Source: a candidate division FCPU426 bacterium (GTDB taxonomy: Bacteria > Oederibacteriota > Muellerivitia > Muellerivitales > Muellerivitaceae). Taken from it: a stretch of 64,000 nucleotides of DNA. The DNA is taken from NCBI GenBank assembly GCA_963719085.1, contig CAVRAL010000001.1, positions 352,378 through 416,377 on the forward strand, read 5' to 3'. Positions within the stretch are counted from its first letter, which is position 1, and every line of letters starts with the position of its first letter. The notes under the pieces are model-generated. The model ran no database searches, had not been told where the DNA came from, and saw only the letters and a program-made list of their open reading frames with translations. A program made the position numbers and the translations under genes. Below, piece after piece: positions 41,901 to 50,666 of the stretch.

Positions 41901-44900
41901 CGCGCTCCAGCTTGAGAACGGCGTGCAGTTGGGTTCCACTTCCATTAAGGTCGAGGAATTTATCCCGGCCAAGATCAAGGTGCAGGTTTCCTCGCCCCAG
42001 AAGACGGCCAACGCGGGGGAACAGCTCAGCTTCCAGGTTCAAGCCCGCTATCTTTTCGGAGCCCCGGCGGCCAATTTACAGGTCCAGTCGGTGGTCCATT
42101 TGTCCGCCCAGCCCTTTACCAGTAAGGATTGGGCCAGCTATCAGTTCAGCGATTCCAGCCGGGTTTTCGACGGCGAGGATCTCCAGGTGCCCAATGGCCT
42201 GACCGATGACTCCGGAAACCAAACCGTTCAGCTTCCGGTCCCGATTTCCATGCTGCCTCCCTCGATGATGAAGGCTGTGGTCTATACCGAAGTGCTGGAC
42301 AACGGCGGCCGCGCGGTGGGCGCCAACGCGGTCATCAACGTCCATCGCTATCCTTATTACCTGGGGCTCAAGGCACTGCCGGGCAAGGAGGTGGGTCCGG
42401 GTACCAAGGTGAGGATGAAGTACGTGGCCATCACGCCTGATGGGAAGCCTACCACGGTGACCCAGGTCAACTTGATCGTCAAACGCAAGGTTTGGTATTC
42501 CATCTTCCGCGACAGCGGATGGTCGGGCTCGGGGACGGAGTCTTCTTATTACGAGGAAGTCATCCTGGGTAAACAAGTGGACATCCACGGCAAAGGCGGT
42601 TTTACCTTTACGCCCGATAAGCCGGGGGAATACACCGTGTATTTGGGCAATGAGGACTCCATGCGCAGCGCCTTGACGGTCGTCGTGTCGGGCCCGGGCG
42701 GCGCGCCGGCGGCCAACACAAGCTCCGACTTGGAGCTGCCGGGACGGTTGTCGCTGATTTTAAACCAGCCTTCTTATGCCGTGGGCGCCGTGCCCAGGGT
42801 TGAGGTGCGGGCACCTTTCGCCGGACGACTCATCCTGACCCTGGAACGGGAAAAGGTTTTTTACACCAAAAGTTTGGAAGTGCCCTCGGGCTTGAGCGTG
42901 GTGAGCCTGCCGCCCACGGATGAGAATGACCTGCCCAACGCGTATGTGGTGGGCCTGCTGGTGAGGAAGCCCGACGAGTCCATGCGCCGACTGCCCATGG
43001 CGTCGTTCGGCGTGGTTCCCTTGAACCTGGACGCTTCCACCCGGCAAATTGACCTGAAGTGGACCACGGCTGATTCGGTTAAGTCCAAAGACGGCATCGA
43101 TGTTCGTTTGGACACGGGCCATCCGGGCTCCCAGGTCGTGTTGTCGGCGGTGGACGAGGGAATCCTTCAGATCGTGTCCTTCGCCACTCCCGATCCGTTC
43201 AAATATTTCTACCGCAAACGCGGGATGACCACGTCCACCTACAGTCTTTTCGACCAAGTGCTGCCGAACCTGGGGCAAAAGCTGGCCGTGGGCGGCGACG
43301 AGGGCGAGGGCTTCAAGGCCCGCAACCTCAATCCAGTGGCGGCCAAACGGGTGAAGAGCTTCGCCCAATTCACCGGCATTTTGACCGCGGATGAGACGGG
43401 AACCATCACTTACCATTTCCCCACGAAAGAATTCCACGGGGAAGTGCGTTTGATGGCCTTGGCAGTGGACGGCGATAAATTCGGCGGTTCCTCCTTTAAG
43501 GTGCAGGTGGCCGACCCCGTGGTGGTGGAGCCTTCGTTCCCCCGGTTTTTGGCGCCCGGCGATAATTTTGACGTGCCCGTTTTGGTTTATAACCACGCCA
43601 AGCAGGCGGAGTCGGTGGCGGTGAAGCTTTCGCAGACCGGCCCCGTGGCGGTGGATGGCGGCGACCAGCAGTCGGTGGAACTGGAGCCGGGGGACCAAAA
43701 ACAGCTCATCTTCCACGCCAAGGCGCTGATGGCCGCGGGTGTGGCCGACTTTAAAGTCTCGGCCACCGACCAAAACGATCAAACCTATGACGTGGATACG
43801 GAACTTTCGGTGCGGCCGGGGAATCCCCTGACCACCGAGATCAAATACGGCCAGTTGAACGCCCAGGACAAGGTCAAATTGCCGGTTCCGGGCGGGTTTA
43901 TCCCCCAGGGTCAGCGGGTGCGGTTGGCGGTGTCGTCCAGTCCGCTGCTGACTTTCCTGGGCAGCCTGGATTACCTCATTAACTATCCTTACGGCTGCGC
44001 GGAGCAGATGACCTCGCAGGCCTTTCCCTTGCTTTATTTCAAGGACATGGGCCTTTTGACCGGACGGTTTGAGGACCGCGCCAACGCGGTGGATATGTTC
44101 ATCCAAGCGGCCGTGGATAATTTGTGCAAACAGCAATTGGAAGACGGGACCTTCGCCCTTTGGGCCGGGGAAAATGAGAGCGGCGGGGATTACCTGTCCA
44201 ACTATGTTTCCCATTTCCTGTTGGAAGCCAACCGGCTGGGATACAACGTGCCCCAGGACGCCTTGGACAAGGTGACCCAAAGGTTAGGGGCCATCAATGT
44301 TCAAGGGCAGGGGGACCGGCTTGACCGGCGCCAGCAAAATGTCGAGCTTCCGGACAGCGCCTACATCCTTTATTTAAGGACGCTGGCCGGGAAACCCGAT
44401 CTTCAGTCGATGGCGGCTTTCCGCGATGATTTGAAAAACCGCTCCTTGACCGACCGGTGTTTCTTGTCCTTGGCTTACTCCAAGATCGGGGACCGCGCCA
44501 CGGCCGCCGCGCTTTTGCCCCCGCATTACACGCCCACCAGCCTGGAGCGGGCGCTGGGCGGCGACTGGTTCTCGCCGAACCGGGAAAGGGCGATTTATCT
44601 TTACGCCTTGGCTGAGGCTTCGCCCCAGTCCCCGGAGATTCCGGTTTTAATCCAGGCCTTCGGCCAGGCGCTGAAGGACGGGGCTTTCCATTCGACCCAG
44701 GAAGACGCTTGGGCCTTCATGGCCATCGGTCAAGCGGTAAAGGCCAGCACCCAAGCCGAGCCATTGACCGGCGCTTGGTCGATTCCCGGCGGGACCGCGC
44801 ACGCCTTGGCGGGCGACAACGCCTCCGTGAAGGACACCGCCCTTTCGGGCAAGGAGGTCACCTTGAGTAATTTGGGCGACCAGCCTTTCTATTACAACTT

Positions 44901-45378
44901 GATGGGCGAAGGCACGCGGTTGGAGCAGGAAAAGGGGAGCGTGGCCAACGGTTTGAGCGTTGTCCGGGAATACCGGGATGAAAAAGGCGGCTTGGTCAAT
45001 TTAGGCTCGGTCACTCAGGGTGAACTGGTAGTGGTCACCTTGCGGATTCATTGCGCGAAGCCTTTGGACAACCTAGTGGTCGTGGACCTGCTTCCGGCCG
45101 GCTTGGAAGTGGATAATCCCCGGCTGTCCTCGCGCGGAAGCCTGGGTTTCGACCCCGAGTGCAGTTTCCAGCCTGTGTCGGAGGATTTCCGGGACGACCG
45201 GGTTCTTTTGTTCTCGAAGGACGTGGACGGGGATCTGAGCTTTTCCTACAGCGTGCGCGCGGTTACGCCGGGCCGGTTCCAGGTTCCGGGCGTGAGCGCG
45301 GAAGCCATGTATGATCCGGATATTTTCGGCCGGTCCGGTCCGGGCGACGAACTGATCGTCGCGCCCTTTAAGTTTTAA
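38980..45378 (+). CDS. alpha-2-macroglobulin family protein with N-terminal polytopic membrane domain
   Basis: ATG 38980 with SD AGGAG; ~11 predicted TM helices in first ~370 aa; then MG/Ig-like domains; thioester motif YGCAEQ (NYPYGCAEQMTSQAF); receptor-binding-like C-terminus; 2133 aa. Confidence 0.85.
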   Translation: MKKILAIWAAIALPLGLVFLAVRWANHPNLAAFFLHPGLSFFLVFVFALYLIRRFLLVKPGLYVRGFGIWLAVRYFTQCFSTNNVPSQNDLALAAWSFYAALAGASLFFLGMEEFEGLALKVLKRKKLPAFLGAVLLGLLAALVFGGANASGYGLSSRILFLLAGGFCVLGALIRAYILKADPEYLTGFVWLYLALKLNTLYSPGFVPSIHFPMNWLFNAHIFFSFLVYVFWEKLLQPKSKARIFIGAFAVAGFLFTFFLQSTLWTCQILIVAGLLMWNLGWDKKTAQLPWVVKARAWAQKILANPKLKMLVDKSGKKAASLGGLLAAWSKKPVVKWSAAGLAGLVVLALLGNLVYQMLSTYVISFTPAGTLTSASTVIRVKFSNDITVAGTLDSAFQITPPLPGTTRLEDSKTLVYTPGAPLLPATTYRVRLDTSELRAKSLFLQGSAKTVFATEPFQVVSNRLFYTYDLVKGTEKELVGELEFNYPVELQRLNQALSVTRGNQSLAFSLEPGTLPTRFFFKAGGLTRDFDPQVLTVKISGDLSCVDCGNSLAKPFQTTLVLPARPKMRVNQVQLHHEPGNTLISILFTLPASAAEVKNNVTITPAVPFTVQTEYCYAVLRADFQPNVSYQVKISKGLRAQSGEILDNDYSQALQLQDVQPYVRFADPGRLIPLAGGKRVAVKTMNLDAYSVRVVKVFRNNLVDFLKRVHTYSNEDYNGGESYSYVEGDTDSIGSQVWSGNVTVEGGQINQEVETDLDFSKWQSAPYKGLFAVYLNGSDGGGQDARWFAATDLGLLTKRSGNDLWVQAISISTLAPAAGAHLQLLSDNNQVIAEADTDLDGRAWFKDINNNPYKFTPFVVVASLGDDWSFLSLNDSPLDQSRFDIGGDPFSTEGWDSFVTSDRGLYRPGDTAHFTAIVRHADLKTPEALPVNLVVTDAAGNPVSKLVSKLQKGGLTTFDLPVPLDLSTGTLNAALQLENGVQLGSTSIKVEEFIPAKIKVQVSSPQKTANAGEQLSFQVQARYLFGAPAANLQVQSVVHLSAQPFTSKDWASYQFSDSSRVFDGEDLQVPNGLTDDSGNQTVQLPVPISMLPPSMMKAVVYTEVLDNGGRAVGANAVINVHRYPYYLGLKALPGKEVGPGTKVRMKYVAITPDGKPTTVTQVNLIVKRKVWYSIFRDSGWSGSGTESSYYEEVILGKQVDIHGKGGFTFTPDKPGEYTVYLGNEDSMRSALTVVVSGPGGAPAANTSSDLELPGRLSLILNQPSYAVGAVPRVEVRAPFAGRLILTLEREKVFYTKSLEVPSGLSVVSLPPTDENDLPNAYVVGLLVRKPDESMRRLPMASFGVVPLNLDASTRQIDLKWTTADSVKSKDGIDVRLDTGHPGSQVVLSAVDEGILQIVSFATPDPFKYFYRKRGMTTSTYSLFDQVLPNLGQKLAVGGDEGEGFKARNLNPVAAKRVKSFAQFTGILTADETGTITYHFPTKEFHGEVRLMALAVDGDKFGGSSFKVQVADPVVVEPSFPRFLAPGDNFDVPVLVYNHAKQAESVAVKLSQTGPVAVDGGDQQSVELEPGDQKQLIFHAKALMAAGVADFKVSATDQNDQTYDVDTELSVRPGNPLTTEIKYGQLNAQDKVKLPVPGGFIPQGQRVRLAVSSSPLLTFLGSLDYLINYPYGCAEQMTSQAFPLLYFKDMGLLTGRFEDRANAVDMFIQAAVDNLCKQQLEDGTFALWAGENESGGDYLSNYVSHFLLEANRLGYNVPQDALDKVTQRLGAINVQGQGDRLDRRQQNVELPDSAYILYLRTLAGKPDLQSMAAFRDDLKNRSLTDRCFLSLAYSKIGDRATAAALLPPHYTPTSLERALGGDWFSPNRERAIYLYALAEASPQSPEIPVLIQAFGQALKDGAFHSTQEDAWAFMAIGQAVKASTQAEPLTGAWSIPGGTAHALAGDNASVKDTALSGKEVTLSNLGDQPFYYNLMGEGTRLEQEKGSVANGLSVVREYRDEKGGLVNLGSVTQGELVVVTLRIHCAKPLDNLVVVDLLPAGLEVDNPRLSSRGSLGFDPECSFQPVSEDFRDDRVLLFSKDVDGDLSFSYSVRAVTPGRFQVPGVSAEAMYDPDIFGRSGPGDELIVAPFKF

Positions 45379-45387
45379 GCCAAGCCC

Positions 45388-45417
45388 GCCCCGGTTTTGA
45401 AGCCGGGGCGGGCGATC
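45388..45417 (+). other. perfect 11-bp GC hairpin between A2M gene and pbpC (no U-tract)
   Basis: GCCCGCCCCGG-ttttgaag-CCGGGGCGGGC. Confidence 0.5.
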
Positions 45418-45473
45418 GGGTTTACCATTTATGAAACCTCTCGACTTGCTTCGGGTTTGTTAATATTTCCCCC

Positions 45474-47846
45474 ATGAAGCCGCTCCGCCCTCTATTTTTA
45501 CGTTCCTGGCTCCGTTGGACCGCCTTGGGCTTGGCGGTTTTAGCGGGGTTTTACCTGTGCCTGCGTTTTTCCCCCTTGCCCGAGATGAAATTAAAAAAAG
45601 ACTATTCCACGGCCTTCCTGGCTTCGGATGGGACTTTACTCCGGCTCACCCTGTCGCCCAGCGGGAAGTACCGCCTGCCGCTGGAACTGGAACAAGTGTC
45701 GCCCCAAGTGACGAAGGGATTCATCGCTTATGAGGACCGTTGGTTTTGGTGGCACCCGGGCGTGAATCCAATCTCCGCGCTGAGGGCCTTGGCGCTGAAT
45801 CTTTCCCGAGGCAAGGTTTTGGCGGGCGCGTCCACCTTGACCATGCAGGTAGCCAAACTCCTGGACCCCCGCCCGCGGACCTACGGGTCCAAACTTTTGG
45901 AAACATTTCGGGCGCTTCAATTGGAAGCTCGTTATTCCAAAAAACAAATCCTGGCTTTTTATTTAAACAGCGTGCCCATGGGCGGCAATATCGAGGGCGT
46001 GGGGGCCGCGTCCCTCCTTTATTTTGGAAAACCCGCCCAGTCCTTGTCCTGGGGCGAGACGGCGCTTCTTATCAGCCTGCCCAAGTCGCCTTATTCCCGG
46101 CGGCCGGACCGGTTTCCCGATCGGGCGCGGGAAGGACGGGACAAGGTTTTGCGCCAAATTATCCCGGCGCTCGGTCTTTCACCCGGGGAGGCCCGGGAAG
46201 CTTTTCAAGCCGCCGTGCCTCAGGGCCGTTTTGTGAATCCCTCGCCCGCGCCCCAACTGGCCCGCCGGGCCGCCTATCTTTCGGGAAAACCTTTCGGCGT
46301 GATTGAGCTGACCATCAAGCCCGAGCTTCAGGGGCTGGCCCAGCATGTTTTGTCCGCCGCGGTGGCCCGGCTTAAAATCCAAGGCGCCCACAACGGGGCC
46401 TTGATGATCGTGGACAACCATACCCGGCAGGTTTTGGCTTACGTGGGGAGCCCGGATTTCCACGACCCCCACGGCGGGCAGATTAACGGGGCCAATATCC
46501 TGAGGTCCCCGGGCTCGGCCTTGAAGCCCTTTCTTTACGGCCTGGCCATCGATCAAGGCGTCTTGACGCCCAAAAAAATCCTCTACGACATCCCCCGGGA
46601 TTACGGCGGCTACAAGCCGGCGGACTATGAGGGCTCTTACGAGGGATTGGTGACGGCGGAGGAGGCGCTTTCCACCTCGTTGAATATTCCGGCGGTGGGG
46701 TTGGAGTCCCAGTTGGAGCCGCTGAACGGCGGTTTGGGACAATGGATTAAACGGGCGGGATGCGTGGGACGGGGGCGGGACCAACTGGATCCCGGGCTTT
46801 CGGTGGCGCTGGGCGCCTATCCGGTGAGCCTGGAAGAAATGATGTCGCTTTACGCCGCGCTGGCCAATGGGGGCGAGTGGAAGCCCTTGGTCTTTTTTAA
46901 GGATGGCCGTGATTCCGGCCGGGGAACGGGCAAGGCCCTGCTTTCGCCGGAGGCTTGTTTTATGGTCTGCGAGATGTTGTCCCAAGTGGAGAGAACCGAT
47001 ATCCCCGCTTCCTGGCAGTTCGCGCCTTCGTTGAGCAAAATCGCCTTTAAGACGGGGACTTCCTTCGGCCACCGGGACGCTTGGTGTGTGGGCGTGACGC
47101 CGGATTACACCATCGGCGTGTGGCTGGGCAACGCCGATGCCCAAGGGGTTCCCGCGCTGGTGGGCCATGACGCGGCGGCGCCCATCGTGATTGATCTTTT
47201 TGATCAATTGACCCGGACCAATGACCAGTGGTTCAAAAAACCGCCGGGCGTTCAGATCCGCAAAGTGTGCGCCTTATCGGGAGATCCGGCGGGGGACGAT
47301 TGCCCCGAATCCATCGACGATTATTTTATCCCGGGGGTGAGCGACAACCAGCCTTGCCCGATCCATCGGCGGGTGTGGCTGCGCAAGAAAGACGGGTTGG
47401 AGGTCTGTCATTACTGCATGACGGGAAAACCGCAGGACTATCAAAGCCGGGTGTTTGAGGTTTGGCCGCCTGATGTGACGCGTTTTTTAAGGAGCCATGG
47501 GCAAAAATTCGAGGCCATTCCGGCGCACAACCCGGCTTGCGCTTATTTCAACCAGGGTGAAAAACCACGGCTCACGTCACCCAACCCCGAGGGGCATTAT
47601 GAGCTGGTCTCGGGCATTCCGCTGGAAGATCAGAAACTCACCCTGTCGGTCCAAGCGGGGCCCGATGTGGACCAGGTTTATTGGTTCGTCAACGGCGATT
47701 TGGTGGCCCAATCCAAGCCCGACCAGCTTTCTTTTTGGCAATTGCGTCCGGGCCGGTGGGATGTGTCCGTCATTGATTCCCGGGGACGGGCGGATAAAAC
47801 CTCGATCCTGGTGACGCCTTCGAAGGATTCGGCCGCCGCCCATTAA
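45474..47846 (+). CDS. pbpC: penicillin-binding protein 1C (glycosyltransferase + transpeptidase + PbpC C-terminal domain)
   Basis: N-terminal TM, GT51 motifs (ED, STLTMQ), transpeptidase SxxK-like region, 790 aa; classical A2M-pbpC pairing. Confidence 0.85.
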   Translation: MKPLRPLFLRSWLRWTALGLAVLAGFYLCLRFSPLPEMKLKKDYSTAFLASDGTLLRLTLSPSGKYRLPLELEQVSPQVTKGFIAYEDRWFWWHPGVNPISALRALALNLSRGKVLAGASTLTMQVAKLLDPRPRTYGSKLLETFRALQLEARYSKKQILAFYLNSVPMGGNIEGVGAASLLYFGKPAQSLSWGETALLISLPKSPYSRRPDRFPDRAREGRDKVLRQIIPALGLSPGEAREAFQAAVPQGRFVNPSPAPQLARRAAYLSGKPFGVIELTIKPELQGLAQHVLSAAVARLKIQGAHNGALMIVDNHTRQVLAYVGSPDFHDPHGGQINGANILRSPGSALKPFLYGLAIDQGVLTPKKILYDIPRDYGGYKPADYEGSYEGLVTAEEALSTSLNIPAVGLESQLEPLNGGLGQWIKRAGCVGRGRDQLDPGLSVALGAYPVSLEEMMSLYAALANGGEWKPLVFFKDGRDSGRGTGKALLSPEACFMVCEMLSQVERTDIPASWQFAPSLSKIAFKTGTSFGHRDAWCVGVTPDYTIGVWLGNADAQGVPALVGHDAAAPIVIDLFDQLTRTNDQWFKKPPGVQIRKVCALSGDPAGDDCPESIDDYFIPGVSDNQPCPIHRRVWLRKKDGLEVCHYCMTGKPQDYQSRVFEVWPPDVTRFLRSHGQKFEAIPAHNPACAYFNQGEKPRLTSPNPEGHYELVSGIPLEDQKLTLSVQAGPDVDQVYWFVNGDLVAQSKPDQLSFWQLRPGRWDVSVIDSRGRADKTSILVTPSKDSAAAH

Positions 47847-47943
47847 AGCGGCCGCTAGGGGTGGCCTTTTCCCCGCAACTTTTTTTGCCCCGCGTCCGTC
47901 CTACTACCCGAAGTGGTTTTCAACAAAGTTCAGGAGGGCGGAA

Positions 47944-48141
47944 ATGAGAAAATTCCTAATGGTTTTAGCGGCGGTTGTTTCTTTGGGCGCTTCCAGTTTG
48001 GCCATGGCCCAGCCTTGCGGCCCGGTTCCTTACGGCTACCGCGCCCCGTTTCATCGGGTCGTCGTGGTGGTTCCCGCGCGCGCCCATCGGCCCTATTGGT
48101 TCGCGTGGCACCGGGACCATCGTTTTTACCGGTATTTCTAA
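47944..48141 (+). CDS. small secreted His/Arg/Tyr/Pro-rich protein (65 aa)
   Basis: Strong SD AGGAGG 7 nt upstream, signal peptide; mature part PCGPVPYGYRAPFHRVVVVVPARAHRPYWFAWHRDHRFYRYF. Confidence 0.5.
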   Translation: MRKFLMVLAAVVSLGASSLAMAQPCGPVPYGYRAPFHRVVVVVPARAHRPYWFAWHRDHRFYRYF

Positions 48142-48253
48142 GAAGCATTTAAGGCGTGAAAAGGCCCCGTTTATCGGGGGAAACCCCGTGCAACTTTGAA
48201 GGGGGCCGGGCCGTCCAATTTAGCGGAGAGGGAATTACAAATTTAACAAGGAG

Positions 48254-48574
48254 ATGAAAATGAAAAAGACACAAGCTGTTTTGGCCACGCTTCTGGCAAT
48301 TTCGTTCGCGACGGCTACTTTCGCCGAGGACCATCCGATGAGCCCCAAGCATCGTCTGCAGCGCCAGCACGGGCGTATTGAGCAAGGCGTGAAAAACGGA
48401 AGCATCACCCCGAAGGAACACGCGAAATTGGCCCGGGAAGGCCATCATATCAACCAGGAACGCAAAGAAGACCTGCGCAAGGACGGGGGAAAGCTGACCC
48501 CGGCGGATCGGGCGAAATTGGAGCACCAGGAAAACAAGCGGTCCGAGCAGATTGACCAGGACAAACACAACTAA
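48254..48574 (+). CDS. small periplasmic protein, Spy/CpxP (LTXXQ)-like
   Basis: SD AAGGAG; signal peptide; repeated ITPKEHAKL / LTPADRAKL helices rich in H,K,E,R. Confidence 0.55.
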   Translation: MKMKKTQAVLATLLAISFATATFAEDHPMSPKHRLQRQHGRIEQGVKNGSITPKEHAKLAREGHHINQERKEDLRKDGGKLTPADRAKLEHQENKRSEQIDQDKHN

Positions 48575-48610
48575 AAAGTTTCGGATTTCCGGAACCGAAG
48601 CCCGGCTTTA

Positions 48611-48640
48611 AAGCGCGCCTTTTATGGCGCGCTTTTTTTA
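48611..48640. terminator. bidirectional terminator between convergent genes
   Basis: AAGCGCGCC-ttttatg-GCGCGCTT flanked by A-run upstream and T-run downstream. Confidence 0.55.
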
Positions 48641-49779
48641 TTCCGGCTCCAGTAGGTCTGTAATTTTTTTTGGATAAACTGATTGAAGGGCATCTCAAAA
48701 AAGACCCAGGAAATTTGGGCAATCGCTATCACGGTACAACCGTACAGCAAGGCGTAAAAAAAGATCGCCCAGCCGGAAAATAGGGGTAGGAATACCAGAA
48801 AAAAGGAATGAAGAAGGTATATGCCGTAGCTTAATCTGCCGGGCGCGGAAACTAATCCCAAAAAACTTTTGTTGAAGAAATCCCAATGCAATCCTCCTAG
48901 CAAAAAGAGTACGGCGCCGGCCGAAGCCACGGTAGGGGCGAATACCCGGTCCCAATCGCGACTCCAATAATTCGTGAATAGGGCCAAAACCAAGATCAGG
49001 CTGGCCCCATAAAAACAAAACCGTCCGGCAGCGGCTTGGTTTTCGTTGAAGAAGGGTCCCAACTTTTCGGTTAGAAGAAACAAGAGTACGCCCGCGGCGA
49101 TTTGGTCAAAAGCCCCAAACGAGCTCTCAATGGCCAAGGGTACCGATTGAGGGTAGTTCGAATAGGCCCACCAGCGGAATAAAAAGGCGAAGATTACTAA
49201 GCAGAGGAGAAATCCTACGAGTTTTTTTCGGGTTCCCAATAGCAACAGGCAGACGGGGAAAAAAAGGTAGAATTGTTCCTCGACGGCGAGTGTCCATAAA
49301 ACCCGCCATTGGGCGAACCAGGTGGAGCTATCGTGAATACTCACGAGGATTCGATGCCAATTGAAAAAGAAAAAGAAAATAGAACACCAAAAACTGGGTC
49401 CCAACGCGGCTTGATCCGGATGGACCCATTTCAGGGAAGGTGACGAGGGGTTTCCGAAGCGCAGGAGCAGCAGGCCCACGATCGTAAAAACGACCAATAG
49501 GGGAAATAGGCGGGCGAACCGTCGGGAATAAAAATCCTTAAAGTCGGGGTTGTAAAGGCCACCTGGGCATTTGGACAGCACCTGGGTAATCAGGAAGCCG
49601 GACACCACGAAAAAGAGTGTGACGCCCTCGTGCCCCGCCCCGAGTAAAAAGTCTCTAAGTTTCTCCACCCCCCTGGAATGTGCGTGAACCGCCTGGAAAT
49701 AATGGCCGAACAAGACAGAAAGCACGGCCAGGCTCCGAACGAAGTCGATGGCCTGGGATCGGACGGGGGCTATTTTCAT
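48622..49779 (-). CDS. acyltransferase family 3 membrane protein (OatA/OafA-like O-acyltransferase)
   Basis: N-terminal RSQAIDFVRSLAVLSVLFGHYF acyltransferase_3 signature, ~10 TM; start moved to internal ATG (track begins 49845). Confidence 0.7.
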   Translation of the reverse strand: MKIAPVRSQAIDFVRSLAVLSVLFGHYFQAVHAHSRGVEKLRDFLLGAGHEGVTLFFVVSGFLITQVLSKCPGGLYNPDFKDFYSRRFARLFPLLVVFTIVGLLLLRFGNPSSPSLKWVHPDQAALGPSFWCSIFFFFFNWHRILVSIHDSSTWFAQWRVLWTLAVEEQFYLFFPVCLLLLGTRKKLVGFLLCLVIFAFLFRWWAYSNYPQSVPLAIESSFGAFDQIAAGVLLFLLTEKLGPFFNENQAAAGRFCFYGASLILVLALFTNYWSRDWDRVFAPTVASAGAVLFLLGGLHWDFFNKSFLGLVSAPGRLSYGIYLLHSFFLVFLPLFSGWAIFFYALLYGCTVIAIAQISWVFFEMPFNQFIQKKLQTYWSRNKKSAP

Positions 49780-49873
49780 TGGAGTAACCCTCTTGGTTTT
49801 GCCGGGATTATAATTGTTTGAGGGTTTTTGCCAAAGGGGATTCATGGGAGGCCGATAATGTTAGACTATCCCC

Positions 49874-50419
49874 ATGGAACACCGACTCCACGTTTATTAT
49901 GGCTACGGCAAAGGCAAAACCACCTCGACCGTGGGGCTCCTCATCCGGGCCTTAGGCGCCGGCCAAAAAGCCGCCCTGGTTCAGTTCGACAAGGGTTTCG
50001 ACGGCGTGAATGAGCACTATTCGGAGCGCAAAATCCTCCGGACTTTGCCCAACCTCCAACTTTTTCCCTTCGGCAAAGAAAGGGTTTTGGGCCCCAACGC
50101 TTTTCGGTTCAAGAATATCGAGGGGGACTTTGAGGAAGCCCGGGCGGCCTTGGCCAAGGCCCGGGAACTGATCCGGTCGGATTTGGATCTTTTGGTGTTG
50201 GACGAGATTTTGGCCGCGGTCATGGTGAAGTTGATCAGCCGTGAGGAAGTGATGGACTTGATCGCGCTTTACGACCAAAACCGCCGGTGTGAGTTGGTTT
50301 TGACGGGTCATCAAGTTTGGCCCGAACTGGTGGAAAAGGCGGACCTGGTCACCGAGATGCGCAAAGAAAAACATTATTTCGACCAGAAGGCGCCGTCCAA
50401 AAAGGGGATTGAGTATTGA
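49874..50419 (+). CDS. ATP:cob(I)alamin adenosyltransferase (CobA/CobO/BtuR family)
   Basis: YYGYGKGKTTSTVGLLIRALGAGQKAALVQFDKG P-loop region typical of CobA. Confidence 0.75.
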   Translation: MEHRLHVYYGYGKGKTTSTVGLLIRALGAGQKAALVQFDKGFDGVNEHYSERKILRTLPNLQLFPFGKERVLGPNAFRFKNIEGDFEEARAALAKARELIRSDLDLLVLDEILAAVMVKLISREEVMDLIALYDQNRRCELVLTGHQVWPELVEKADLVTEMRKEKHYFDQKAPSKKGIEY

Positions 50420-50420
50420 A

Positions 50421-50640
50421 CCTTTTCACCGCCCCGCCCGGCCTAGTTAGGCCGAAGCAGGCGGGACATACCACCTTCGATATCATTTTATATATGGATG
50501 GTGGTGCCAAGACGCCAAGTCCGCTAAGTGAGGCATGCATCTGTATTTTACGGAATCAAGAATTTTAACCGTTATTCTTAAGCCGAATTTTTTTAATCTG
50601 AAATAAGGTTGATTTAACTTGGCGTCTTGGCGATGAAATA
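50421..50640 (+). repeat. family-A element, copy A8, long form with module G (50432-50499) inserted after TTCACCGCC
   Basis: TTCACCGCC[module G]GGTGCCAAGACGCCAAGTCCGCTAAGTGAGGC ... AACTTGGCGTCTTGGCGATGAAATAGG; ends 27 nt before ATG 50667. Confidence 0.7.
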
Positions 50641-50666
50641 GGTTCATTTTATATTCGTGGAGAAAT

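Noticed and set aside
50493-50567. Tiny ORFs starting at the conserved ATGGA(T/G)G of module G (MDGGAKTPSPLSEACICILRNQEF; MEAGAKTPRTAF; MEGRPPSSPRTAKDEGF)
   Set aside because: No SD, different lengths and frames ending in unconserved loop sequence. N-terminal similarity is explained by DNA conservation of the repeat arm.
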